Source: a virus (taxonomy: Duplodnaviria > Caudoviricetes). From it: a stretch of 64,000 nucleotides of DNA. The notes beneath the pieces are model-generated. The model searched no databases. It was not told the DNA's origin and saw nothing but the letters and a program-made list of their open reading frames with translations. Location: the IMG/VR virus record IMGVR_UViG_3300031994_000064, positions 1 to 64,000 of that record. One strand, 5' to 3'. The translations under genes and the position numbers were made by a program. Shown piece by piece: positions 1 through 8,189 of the stretch (within the stretch, counting starts at the first letter, position 1; every line of letters begins with the position of its first letter).

Positions 1-516
1 GGCTCTCTCTTTTGCTGCTGCTTCTCTTGCGGCTTTTGCGGCGGCTGCGGCTCTCTCTGCTGCTCTGCTGTTGGCAGCGTCTAATAATGTTTGCATGCTC
101 TCAATGTGTCGTACTGCGTTCATTGTTAGTTCATCGTATCTTTTTCGCTCGTCTGCTGTAAGCTCTGTTGTAAGCGTTGCAAACTTACTAATAACTGTTG
201 TTATTCTATCTGTTAAGTTTGCTTTTACAACAGATACACAGCCGCGGGACGTCCCGTCTGCTTTGATACCTTGCACCTGCTCAACGTTGCAGATACGGAC
301 TTCACCATAAAAAACTGTGTAATGTTGTGCTGGCTTCTCGCCCGTCAATCTGAGTTCGTAACCGTCTAAAGATTTGATATAATCTTTTGTTTCTTTTGCA
401 TTCATGTTTACACATGCTGCTTTCAATTGTGCCTTGATAGTTTCAGGACTCAACACATCATTATTGTTTGTGTTGTTTGTGTTAACTTTGCTGCTGTTTT
501 TTTCGCTGTTTTTCAT
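1..516 (-). CDS. Hypothetical protein, partial (runs off left edge), Ala-rich coiled-coil C-terminal part
   Basis: Translated by hand; absent from the ORF track because no stop lies in the window. ATG at 516, MKNSEKNSSKVN...AAERAAAAAKAAREAAAKERA, open to position 1. Confidence 0.75.
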   Translation of the reverse strand, partial: MKNSEKNSSKVNTNNTNNNDVLSPETIKAQLKAACVNMNAKETKDYIKSLDGYELRLTGEKPAQHYTVFYGEVRICNVEQVQGIKADGTSRGCVSVVKANLTDRITTVISKFATLTTELTADERKRYDELTMNAVRHIESMQTLLDAANSRAAERAAAAAKAAREAAAKERA

Positions 517-562
517 AATGATAAATTTTTAAGATTTGTAATATTGTTTATTGTTTTTTTTG

Positions 563-757
563 TTATTTGAACACATACTCTGTTTGCTGGTAAATTCCTG
601 AAGGCCGTTGGTACACCGTATAAAAACCAAAATCTGTGTACTCGAATTTAATTAAACGGCCTGCCTCTAAATTTTTTAAGTTTCTTTTTATATACCTATC
701 TTTTAATGTTTGCGGGACGGTTACCGTTTCATAATTTGTAATAATGTAATTTTCCAT
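563..757 (-). CDS. Small hypothetical protein (64 aa)
   Basis: ORF track; AT-rich leader; lies downstream of the minus-strand promoter at 815-822. Confidence 0.6.
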   Translation of the reverse strand: MENYIITNYETVTVPQTLKDRYIKRNLKNLEAGRLIKFEYTDFGFYTVYQRPSGIYQQTEYVFK

Positions 758-814
758 AACTTTAATTTTTTAATGTTTATAAATTTGTTTATTGTTTGTC
801 TTTGTTTGACGGAG

Positions 815-822
815 CAAAAATA
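815..822 (-). promoter_or_regulatory. Bacteroidota sigma -7 element (TATTTTTG), leftward promoter
   Basis: Matches the TAnnTTTG consensus on the minus strand upstream of 563-757. Confidence 0.6.
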
Positions 823-1159
823 CAACATAAAAACCACATGCAGCCAAAAAAAACACTATTTTTTCAACACTACATCGTTAATAAAGTACACTGTTATTTT
901 GTTGGCTTTTAATACGTTACGGCGTTTTAGTTTGTTTTATTGGTACATTGTTAATTAAAAAAGTCGCTTTTTGCCACCTCAAAAATTGCAAGTTTTAGAC
1001 TTTTGCCAAAAAAAACGGACTTTTGCCCGTTGTGTTTGTAGCTTGTTTTTTTGCCATTACATATATATATATAAAATCAAGCCACCAGCCACAGAAACTC
1101 CTTTAGTGTATGAGTGCACTAATACACCGAAACGCAGGGATCACCCACAACTAAAAATA

Positions 1160-1610
1160 TAGTTACATAATTATCTTTATAGTTACACAATTATCCCGTT
1201 AGTTATATAACTAAACAATTAGTTGAGTGTATGACCTGACTAACACAACGAAACACCTAACGAATAACTTAAATGAATAACTATAAAATTAGTTACACAA
1301 CGAATTATTTAGTTAAGTGTATGAATGACTTAATACACCTAACGAATTATTTAGTTATCCGATTGACTCCATACAATACAGAACAAACAAACGGACAACG
1401 ATTGACTCCAACGACCGACTTATCCGACTGAACAACAACGACTTATCCGACTTACTTAAAGTCCCACTTCAAGTAAATGAACAATCAACATCCAAACGAG
1501 GATTGAATAATCGACCAACGAACGGACAACAACACAACTCCGCACAATCCTCAACGAATTATCCGAACCTAAACGATTGATCCCCAAACGATTGACTATC
1601 CGGCAACCAA
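1160..1610. repeat. Degenerate short direct-repeat array (TAGTT boxes phased at 20 bp; CGATTGACT and CGACTTATCCGACT units)
   Basis: TAGTT at 1160, 1180, 1200, 1220, 1290, 1310, 1352; CGATTGACTCC at 1360 and 1399; CGACTTATCCGACT at 1416 and 1439; non-coding and G-poor. Confidence 0.75.
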
Positions 1611-1699
1611 CAACAAATGGACTTGAAGTTTTCCTTTAAGTGAACGCTGTAACTCCTTGACTGTTAGGGAGATATCCGCCGAATGATTGACAATTTTTT

Positions 1700-2100
1700 C
1701 GCCGAAACTCCAATATATAGGATAATATATATATATTCCATATATAGGATAATATATAAAGGATATTTATTTATACTATTGACTTGTATTTATAACAGAT
1801 AGGATAACAATAAAGAAAGAATATACAATAAAGGACAATAGTAAATAGGAGTAGCTATATATGTAGTTTCAGTATATACGGAGTAGATGATATATTGTTT
1901 ATACTCCTTTATATATTATAGACTATAATATTATCCTTGTTTATTTTTTTTTTTTTTTTTTTTATAATATAGATACTATAATCCTATATAGTCAGTAAAT
2001 AAATAAGTCCTTAGTATATATATAATAATCCTTAATATTGCGTCCACATTTTTATAAAAATATTGGTACGGTATTAAAGAATAATATATATATAGTAGCG
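1700..2100. other. Extremely AT-rich non-coding tract with TA runs and a T20 homopolymer
   Basis: ATATATAGGATAATATATA twice (about 1714 and 1740); T run 1944-1963. Confidence 0.7.
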
Positions 2101-2325
2101 GCGGCCGTTTTTTTTCGTTGGTGGCTGGTTTTTTGCTTTTTGCCGTTGGTTTTTTGCCGTCTAAACTTGTTAACAATTACAAGTTATATAGTAACCAGCG
2201 CACCGCAAAAAGCGTATAAATACCTTATTTATAGCCATTTATAGTATTTATTCAATGTATTAGTTATTCACAATTGATTGTTTATAAATAATTTTAATAG
2301 TATATTGTTTTATTAAAATAATATG

Positions 2326-2333
2326 TATTTTTG
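2326..2333 (+). promoter_or_regulatory. Bacteroidota sigma -7 element, early rightward promoter
   Basis: TATTTTTG preceded by an AT-rich upstream region, at the start of the long plus-strand gene run. Confidence 0.7.
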
Positions 2334-2339
2334 CATATC

Positions 2340-2707
2340 ATTTGAAAGCACAATGAATGCCGCCGGTGACAATAAGAGCGGAGGAGTGTTTCGGAATGGT
2401 CAGGACTCGGAAAGGAAGTAGTGAAGCCAAGTCCGAGGATGTATGAGAGTTCTTTGATTTACTGGCGTACTGTGGGACTGTGAAGTCCCACGATGAGTTC
2501 GGACGAATACGCTCCGGCGACCGATTGGCGGATGAGGCATCGCGCCAGCACGGAAAACCATAAAAGGATTCAGACGTGTCGATTTCCTTCTGTTAGACGT
2601 GTGATTCATTCTTCCAACAAACCCAATCGGGGAACGATTTATATGGAGCCACTTGGTGTCAAGCCTCGGATGAGGTGCAGTTCTGGGTTCGATTCCCACG
2701 GCTTCCG
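2340..2707 (+). ncRNA. Structured leader or ncRNA ending in a 62-nt tRNA-like mini-cloverleaf (2645-2706)
   Basis: Follows the promoter with no credible ORF. Hairpin GTGGGACT-GTGA-AGTCCCAC at 2472-2491; T-arm TGGG-TTCGATT-CCCA at 2684-2698; acceptor-like GGAGCC/GGCTTC. Confidence 0.55.
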
Positions 2708-2739
2708 CTGATTAACTTTTCACTTAAATCCAAACAATA

Positions 2740-3018
2740 ATGAAAAATTCCGAATTGATTTACAGATTTGTCGCGGGAACCGCCCGCGACGGACAGCACA
2801 CCGGAAGTGTGTCTGTCAAGGACAACAAACTCTATTCCTACGCAACCTGCATCGCGGAGCGCGTCGTGGACAAAATCGTGGTGAACGAAACCAAGTATTC
2901 CGTCACCACGTCCAAGCACCAAAGTTATCTGTATGGTGCTATCCGCCGCTACAACGAGTGCGCGGAATTCGTGAACGGCATAATGCGCGAGACGTACCGC
3001 CTTTCGGATGCCGTTTAA
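2740..3018 (+). CDS. Early hypothetical protein (92 aa)
   Basis: ORF with A-rich translation-initiation leader. Confidence 0.8.
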   Translation: MKNSELIYRFVAGTARDGQHTGSVSVKDNKLYSYATCIAERVVDKIVVNETKYSVTTSKHQSYLYGAIRRYNECAEFVNGIMRETYRLSDAV

Positions 3019-3083
3019 CCATCAAGGAAATCGGGCGGGAGACTGCCCGACTTCCTCTAAATTCACTTAAAAATCCAATTATT

Positions 3084-3269
3084 ATGAGCAAACTTATGAT
3101 TTCCTCCGTGGTCATGCAGACCATAGGAGTGGCTTTATGGATTGCCGCGTGCGTTGTCAAGGCGGCGAACGGGATTTCTGACGGATGGGTTGATGCCGCC
3201 GTCCTTGTGCAGGCTGTCGGCTTGCTTCCGGTATTGATTGAATCAAAGATTGAGGAACGCAAGTTGTAG
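3084..3269 (+). CDS. Small two-TM membrane protein (61 aa)
   Basis: Internal ATG of ORF 2958-3269 after the ATTCACTTAAAAATCCAATTATT leader; two hydrophobic segments. Confidence 0.7.
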   Translation: MSKLMISSVVMQTIGVALWIAACVVKAANGISDGWVDAAVLVQAVGLLPVLIESKIEERKL

Positions 3270-3336
3270 GTAACCAACGGGCGGACGGTCTTTGCGGGCT
3301 GTCCGCTTGCTACAATTCACTTAAAAAATCAGTATT

Positions 3337-3516
3337 ATGGAAAACTTTATCTGTTATGTCACGGGATTGTTCAACCGTGACTCCGAGTTGAGCAGAAACG
3401 CTCAGAATGTCCGAACGATTGTCAGCGAGGAGCTTTCCTCGATGAACGAATGCGTCACGGACTACATTGTTCGCACCATTTCTTCCGCCGTATGCGGCAA
3501 CTTGGGGATTGCGTAG
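3337..3516 (+). CDS. Small hypothetical protein (59 aa)
   Basis: Translated by hand (MENFICYVTGLFNRDSEL...GNLGIA); below the ORF-track cutoff; same leader type as its neighbours. Confidence 0.65.
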   Translation: MENFICYVTGLFNRDSELSRNAQNVRTIVSEELSSMNECVTDYIVRTISSAVCGNLGIA

Positions 3517-3586
3517 GCGAACGACTTTATCCCGAACGACCTTTGCGGGTTGCTCGGGAGCGAATTATTCACTAAAATCAAAAAAA

Positions 3587-4033
3587 ATGGGAATTATAGA
3601 ACAAATCGAAAAAACGTACAAGGACAATCCGATGTACATGGTTAAGTTCTCTATAAACTACGAAGGAGAGAACTATGACGGTCTTGAAATCGGAGACGTT
3701 GAACAATCCGAAATGCAATGCGGAACTATGGTTCAGTACCAGCCGATAACATACGAAGGAGTTGAAGTTGGATATGTACGAGACCGCATTTCAGGGAAAC
3801 TGTTTGACCCTCCTGTTCAGTCTTACTGCCATTTTTTAGCCGACTGTTCAGAAGATGATATTCTTACTTACGAACAGAAGTCCGATGTTCATTTCGCAGA
3901 CTGCGGAGAACATTTTGAAATGCAGTTTGCAACGATGAAGGATTTGTGGAATTATGTTTACAACGCTGGCGTCCTTGACGAAATCATTGCAAAAAAAGAA
4001 CTTGCTGAGGAATACGGCGGGTTTTATTGCTAA
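3587..4033 (+). CDS. Acidic hypothetical protein (148 aa)
   Basis: Internal ATG of ORF 3467-4033 after a TTCACT leader. Confidence 0.75.
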   Translation: MGIIEQIEKTYKDNPMYMVKFSINYEGENYDGLEIGDVEQSEMQCGTMVQYQPITYEGVEVGYVRDRISGKLFDPPVQSYCHFLADCSEDDILTYEQKSDVHFADCGEHFEMQFATMKDLWNYVYNAGVLDEIIAKKELAEEYGGFYC

Positions 4034-4109
4034 AAATTATCCGTGGTGAGGCTTGGCCGCCTTTCCATGGGCGAAAATTCACTTATGTTTAACCAAAAAA
4101 TTAGTCATT

Positions 4110-4604
4110 ATGGAAAAGAAAATGATTTCAGTTTTAGAGGATGATTTCAACCGTCTTAAAAGAGAGGTTGAGGAACTTCGTGCAGAGAACAGAGAACTCC
4201 GCAGAGGCAGCGAGCGGTACGACTACCGCGAGCAGGTGACTTCCGATGTCAAAGACGCTGTTTATGAGCGTTACACAAAAGAGGAAATTCGTGAGCGATT
4301 GGAAGACCGCAATGACTTCGAAGAGGAGTTGAACGATGACCTCTTCATGTCGGATTCAGTGACTGGCAACGCGAGTGGCTCTTACTTCTGCAATACGTGG
4401 AAAGCCGAGAACGCTCTTATGCACAACCTTGACTTGCTTGGAGAGGCAATCGAAGAGTTTGGCGGTGTCGGTAATGTTCTTGAAGGCGGAGCCGAGGTTT
4501 GCGATGTTACAATCCGCTGCTACTTGCTTGCAGAGTGTATCTCGGATGCCATTGACGAAATCGAGGATGAACTTGACGAAGAGAGCGAAGAAGACGAAGA
4601 ATAA
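4110..4604 (+). CDS. Acidic phage hypothetical protein with DSVTGNASGSY motif
   Basis: Internal ATG; motif recalled from uncharacterised gut-phage proteins. Confidence 0.8.
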   Translation: MEKKMISVLEDDFNRLKREVEELRAENRELRRGSERYDYREQVTSDVKDAVYERYTKEEIRERLEDRNDFEEELNDDLFMSDSVTGNASGSYFCNTWKAENALMHNLDLLGEAIEEFGGVGNVLEGGAEVCDVTIRCYLLAECISDAIDEIEDELDEESEEDEE

Positions 4605-4670
4605 CCACGACATTTCCCGCGTTGGTTTGACCGCCTGCGCGGGAACAAGTTTCACTAAAACCTTAAAATT

Positions 4671-4874
4671 ATGTGCTACAAAATCAAAGTTAATGATTCA
4701 ATCGGTGTGGCTATGTTCGGAAAATACCATTCTCCGCGCCACGCTGAAATCGGTATGCGTGTAAACGGCATATCGGGGACTGTTGTGAAGTCCGAGCCGT
4801 ATGAGCTTGCGACATTCACAATCCAACACGAGTTCAACGTGTTCAACATGCTTGGAAAGGAGGTTCGGTCATGA
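4671..4874 (+). CDS. Small hypothetical protein (67 aa)
   Basis: ORF track; TTCACT leader. Confidence 0.7.
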   Translation: MCYKIKVNDSIGVAMFGKYHSPRHAEIGMRVNGISGTVVKSEPYELATFTIQHEFNVFNMLGKEVRS

Positions 4875-5041
4875 GTTCAAAACGCTGCACGAGAATCCTC
4901 GAAAAATGGTTTGAGGAAGACGGTCAAGAACTTGCCGACTACATCCTCGACCTTTGCGAGCAATATTGGGAAGTCAAGCTGCTTGAAACCATTGACCACG
5001 AGGACGGCTCTGTCACTTGCCGATGGGCTGTGACGGAGTGA
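4871..5041 (+). CDS. Small hypothetical protein (56 aa)
   Basis: Translated by hand (MSSKRCTRILEKWF...RWAVTE); ATGA overlap with the upstream stop. Confidence 0.65.
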   Translation: MSSKRCTRILEKWFEEDGQELADYILDLCEQYWEVKLLETIDHEDGSVTCRWAVTE

Positions 5042-5237
5042 CAAATTCGGTTTGCGGTGGGGATACCTGCCGCATTCCGCTAATTCACTAAAAGCGTTTT
5101 TAAGCCCTATTTTGAGCGTTTTTAATCTTTTTGAATATCTTATACCAAAAAGATATTTTAACGAGAAAAAAACGGCAAATAAAGCGCAAATAAACGTATT
5201 TTTTGAAATATCATTTATTAACTAAAATATCAAAAGT

Positions 5238-6017
5238 ATGAAAAGCATTGAAAAATTATCAGCTGCGTTGGAAAGTCTTACTCGGGAATTTTCAGAATCA
5301 AAAAACAGTGTCGTGTCGGATGCCATCATCGCCATTCACGAGTTCATCGTTGACAACGCGCCCGTCAAAAAGTCGGAGTTGTCGGTTTGGGAGTTTGTGT
5401 CGAACGACAAATTGAGACCGAACATGATGACGGTGTTCCACGACAACGATTGGAAAGCGGCTGTTGCAACGGATGCACACGTTTTGTTCGTCAACCCCTC
5501 GGAGTACATCGACAGCACCGATGCCGAGGAAGCCAACGGTCAGAAGTTCGACTATGACGGCTACACAGGATTGATGCGCGACAAGTACGGCAAAGTCGTT
5601 GAACGAGACAACGGCACGTTTGGAGACCGCTACCCGAATTACCGAGCCGTAATTCCCGCCGAGGACAGACAGATGCCGTTCGAGGTGCGCTCCGACTTGA
5701 AGCAGTGCCGAGACATCGTGAAGTCAACGCTGAAACTTCGGACTGGCAAATCACGCAGCGAGAGCAACGCGCAAATCTGCATCAACAAGGATTTGAACAT
5801 CTGGATTGGCGAGAAGTACGTTGACATCTTAATTCGCGCAGGCGTTGACTGTTGGACTTGCTCGAAAAAAAATCCGAGCGGTAGTGCGCTTGTCAAGCGT
5901 TTCGCTGACGGCAGAATCCTTTTGATGATGCCTATGCTTGTTGAGCGCGAGGCTTGGGATTGCCAAAGCCCCGAAGATGGAATTGACCTCGTGAACATGG
6001 TCAAGTTCTACGTCTAA
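5238..6017 (+). CDS. Hypothetical protein (259 aa) with weak resemblance to beta-clamp-like phage proteins
   Basis: AVATDAHVL and terminal LLMMPM motifs recall the sliding-clamp fold; not confirmed. Confidence 0.6.
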   Translation: MKSIEKLSAALESLTREFSESKNSVVSDAIIAIHEFIVDNAPVKKSELSVWEFVSNDKLRPNMMTVFHDNDWKAAVATDAHVLFVNPSEYIDSTDAEEANGQKFDYDGYTGLMRDKYGKVVERDNGTFGDRYPNYRAVIPAEDRQMPFEVRSDLKQCRDIVKSTLKLRTGKSRSESNAQICINKDLNIWIGEKYVDILIRAGVDCWTCSKKNPSGSALVKRFADGRILLMMPMLVEREAWDCQSPEDGIDLVNMVKFYV

Positions 6018-6082
6018 CAGGTTATGCGGGGAGAAATCTCCGCACAGCCGCAAATTCACTAACAACTTAAATTCAAAACAAT

Positions 6083-6304
6083 ATGGAAAAAGATTTGAAC
6101 CTTATGTCTGCAAAGTCCCAGATAGAGGGCTTGCAGCGGATCGTGAAAAGATACGAGCGGAAAGCCGAAAACGCTATGACAAACACGGCGGCATCCCGTT
6201 ATTGGGGTCTTGCCGCACGTTACAGCGGGAGAATCGGCGAACTCAGACGCTGGGTTGCCGAACGCGAGTTGAACATTGTCGGAAAGGAGGTGGCGGTATG
6301 TTAA
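6083..6304 (+). CDS. Small hypothetical protein (73 aa)
   Basis: ORF track; TTCACT leader. Confidence 0.7.
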   Translation: MEKDLNLMSAKSQIEGLQRIVKRYERKAENAMTNTAASRYWGLAARYSGRIGELRRWVAERELNIVGKEVAVC

Positions 6305-6804
6305 TCGACGCAATCCTCGACAGACGAGCCGACAGAGAGGATGGAATCTTCAACTATGACCCAAAGAAGTTGTATAATTACCTAATTGATTCTATTCATC
6401 CGTCATATCATGATGTAGCACGCGCCATGGACAAAGGCTCGAATATGGAAGTGCAAGCCGAAATGTGCGCCTACATTGACTTGGAAGAGTACAACCCAAA
6501 CATCAAGTGCTTCGTGAACTCTGTGGATTGGCTGACTGCCGACCCTCAGAAGCCGAAACAAGAGATTTTTCAAGAAATCCGCGCCTACAAATCACGCGAG
6601 GATATGTTCGCTCACAATCCTCTCGACTTGAAGTTTGTGGTAAACCAAAACCCCGATTACCGTGAGCGTTACGAAAAGGAGTACGCTCGCGGTGTTGCGG
6701 CAGGATTGACGGTGAAGTACGCTCGCCCCGTAGTGGCTGTCTTGACCACGATAGACGGCAAGACGGAGGTCACGGAAGTTCACCAAGCAAGACGCTGCAA
6801 GTAA
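6298..6804 (+). CDS. Hypothetical protein (168 aa)
   Basis: Internal ATG (MLIDAILDRR) after AAGGAGG, overlapping the upstream stop. Confidence 0.75.
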   Translation: MLIDAILDRRADREDGIFNYDPKKLYNYLIDSIHPSYHDVARAMDKGSNMEVQAEMCAYIDLEEYNPNIKCFVNSVDWLTADPQKPKQEIFQEIRAYKSREDMFAHNPLDLKFVVNQNPDYRERYEKEYARGVAAGLTVKYARPVVAVLTTIDGKTEVTEVHQARRCK

Positions 6805-6878
6805 CCTTGTTTCCCGCGAGGCGAGAGCCTTTCGGGAAACCTACAATTCACTAAATGTTTAACCAAAATTTCGGTATT

Positions 6879-7229
6879 ATGAATGGTAATTATCCTTTGG
6901 GCGCGGAGTATCTTCCAAACGCGCCTTTCAATCAGCCAGAACCGATTGAAAAAGACTATGACGTGGAAGTGACGGCAACGCTGTCTTGTTCCACGACAGT
7001 GACAAGCAATGACGCTTACTATGACGAGGACGGCGAGCTTTGCGAGGAAAATGTTTGTCTCGGTGTTGACTTTTACAACCAAAAGCACTCTCCAAAAGAC
7101 TTAATCAAGTACTTGTACAACATTCTTCGCGAGCATCCCGAAATAAAGTTCAGCGACAGAAAAAGTGTGCTTTACAGCTGCGGAATGTGGCTTGCCGGCA
7201 ACGAAGACCTTGAGGTCGAGGAGGCTTAA
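6879..7229 (+). CDS. Phage hypothetical protein (NYPLGAEY..NAPFNQ N-terminus)
   Basis: Internal ATG of ORF 6855-7229; N-terminal motif recalled from gut phages. Confidence 0.75.
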   Translation: MNGNYPLGAEYLPNAPFNQPEPIEKDYDVEVTATLSCSTTVTSNDAYYDEDGELCEENVCLGVDFYNQKHSPKDLIKYLYNILREHPEIKFSDRKSVLYSCGMWLAGNEDLEVEEA

Positions 7230-7465
7230 CGTAACAACCCTTTGAAAGAGTCCGCAATCGCAAACTCGGACGTTGACTTGTTGGCTGCTCGGAAAAAGCC
7301 GCGAAGCCCGTCTTGCCGTTCATCGGGAGAACACGGTGCGTCCTTGCACAACCTGCTGCTTTGTAACACGCACTTGGCGCATCTGTTCTCCCCGTTGTAC
7401 GGCATGAAAGTTGCGAAAACATCCTTGCCGTTGCCTAAGTCGTTCTGTTTGTTCGTTATCTTCAT
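7226..7465 (-). CDS. Small Cys-containing hypothetical protein (79 aa)
   Basis: ORF track; CxxC..C..C pattern; convergent with the early genes. Confidence 0.5.
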   Translation of the reverse strand: MKITNKQNDLGNGKDVFATFMPYNGENRCAKCVLQSSRLCKDAPCSPDERQDGLRGFFRAANKSTSEFAIADSFKGLLR

Positions 7466-7612
7466 CGCTTGTCAATTTTGCGGCAAAAGTGCGAAATTTG
7501 CGCGAAAAAACAAGCGGGATGGCGGCAAAAAATTTGTGTGTCGGTTCTAATCGGCTGATTTATAGCCACAAAAAAATTATTGTTTAGTATAACAACGTAT
7601 TGAAATAAATTG

Positions 7613-7620
7613 TATATTTG
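7613..7620 (+). promoter_or_regulatory. Bacteroidota sigma -7 element (TATATTTG)
   Basis: Consensus match in an AT-rich intergenic region. Confidence 0.65.
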
Positions 7621-7762
7621 CTCATCAAAATTAAAACAATATGATTATTTACATTTTGATTGGTGCGCTTGGGTGGATTCTTGAAGCCGTTGGAGGCGCA
7701 CTCATTGGGAAAGAACCCAAGTTATAGTTCCACGACCCCGCCTATGTAGGTAAAGTCTGGAA

Positions 7763-7836
7763 AGCCACGTAGTTCAGTTGGTTAGAACGGAGTGACATAT
7801 GTCGAGCGGTCGCGGGTTCGAGTCCCGCCGTGGCTT
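7763..7836 (+). tRNA. tRNA-like gene or pseudo-tRNA without a canonical anticodon arm
   Basis: Acceptor AGCCACG/CGTGGCT, D-arm GTTC/GAAC and T-arm GCGGG-TTCGAGT-CCCGC are canonical; positions 27-43 (GAGTG-ACATATG-TCGAG) cannot form the normal 5-bp stem. Confidence 0.65.
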
Positions 7837-7861
7837 TAAAACATCACTAAAAACCAAAAAT

Positions 7862-8164
7862 ATGAAAAATTTCAAAATCAGAAAAAAAGGCGTTGGTATG
7901 CGCCTCGGATTAAAAGACATCTATCATCTTCGCGGTAGGGTATTTGAAAAGGGCGGAGAACTTATGTATATCGCCCAAGTTGACATTTACTGCCGAAATG
8001 GATATGACGTGACCGTGTATGTAATTACAGAGGGTTACAAGTCCTTGTATTCCCGCCTTACGTGGCTTGACGAAGACACCGAAACGTGGATTGGGGAAAT
8101 CGTTGACCAAAATGGATGCGCGGTTAACGAACTTGTGATTCCCGCGAACGTATTGATAAATTAA
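7862..8164 (+). CDS. Hypothetical protein (100 aa)
   Basis: Internal ATG after an ATCACTAAAAACCAAAAAT leader. Confidence 0.7.
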   Translation: MKNFKIRKKGVGMRLGLKDIYHLRGRVFEKGGELMYIAQVDIYCRNGYDVTVYVITEGYKSLYSRLTWLDEDTETWIGEIVDQNGCAVNELVIPANVLIN

Positions 8165-8189
8165 CTATTCACCAAAAAACCAAAAAATT

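Noticed and set aside
1160-1610. CRISPR array
   Set aside because: Repeats are short, degenerate and overlapping, with no constant repeat plus unique spacer pattern and no cas genes.
2465-2512. Hammerhead ribozyme (three-way junction with GATGAG...GAA)
   Set aside because: The core lacks C3-U4 of CUGANGA, stem II is only about 2 bp, and 15.1/16.1 are inverted.
2340-2707. tmRNA or RNase P RNA
   Set aside because: No GGGGC 5' end, D-loop motif or tag ORF ending in Ala-Ala; no GAGGAAAGUCC signature.
3013-7232. Integron attC cassette array
   Set aside because: Only some units have RYYYAAC, no matching GTTRRRY ends are present, the hairpins are too short, and no integron integrase is in the window.
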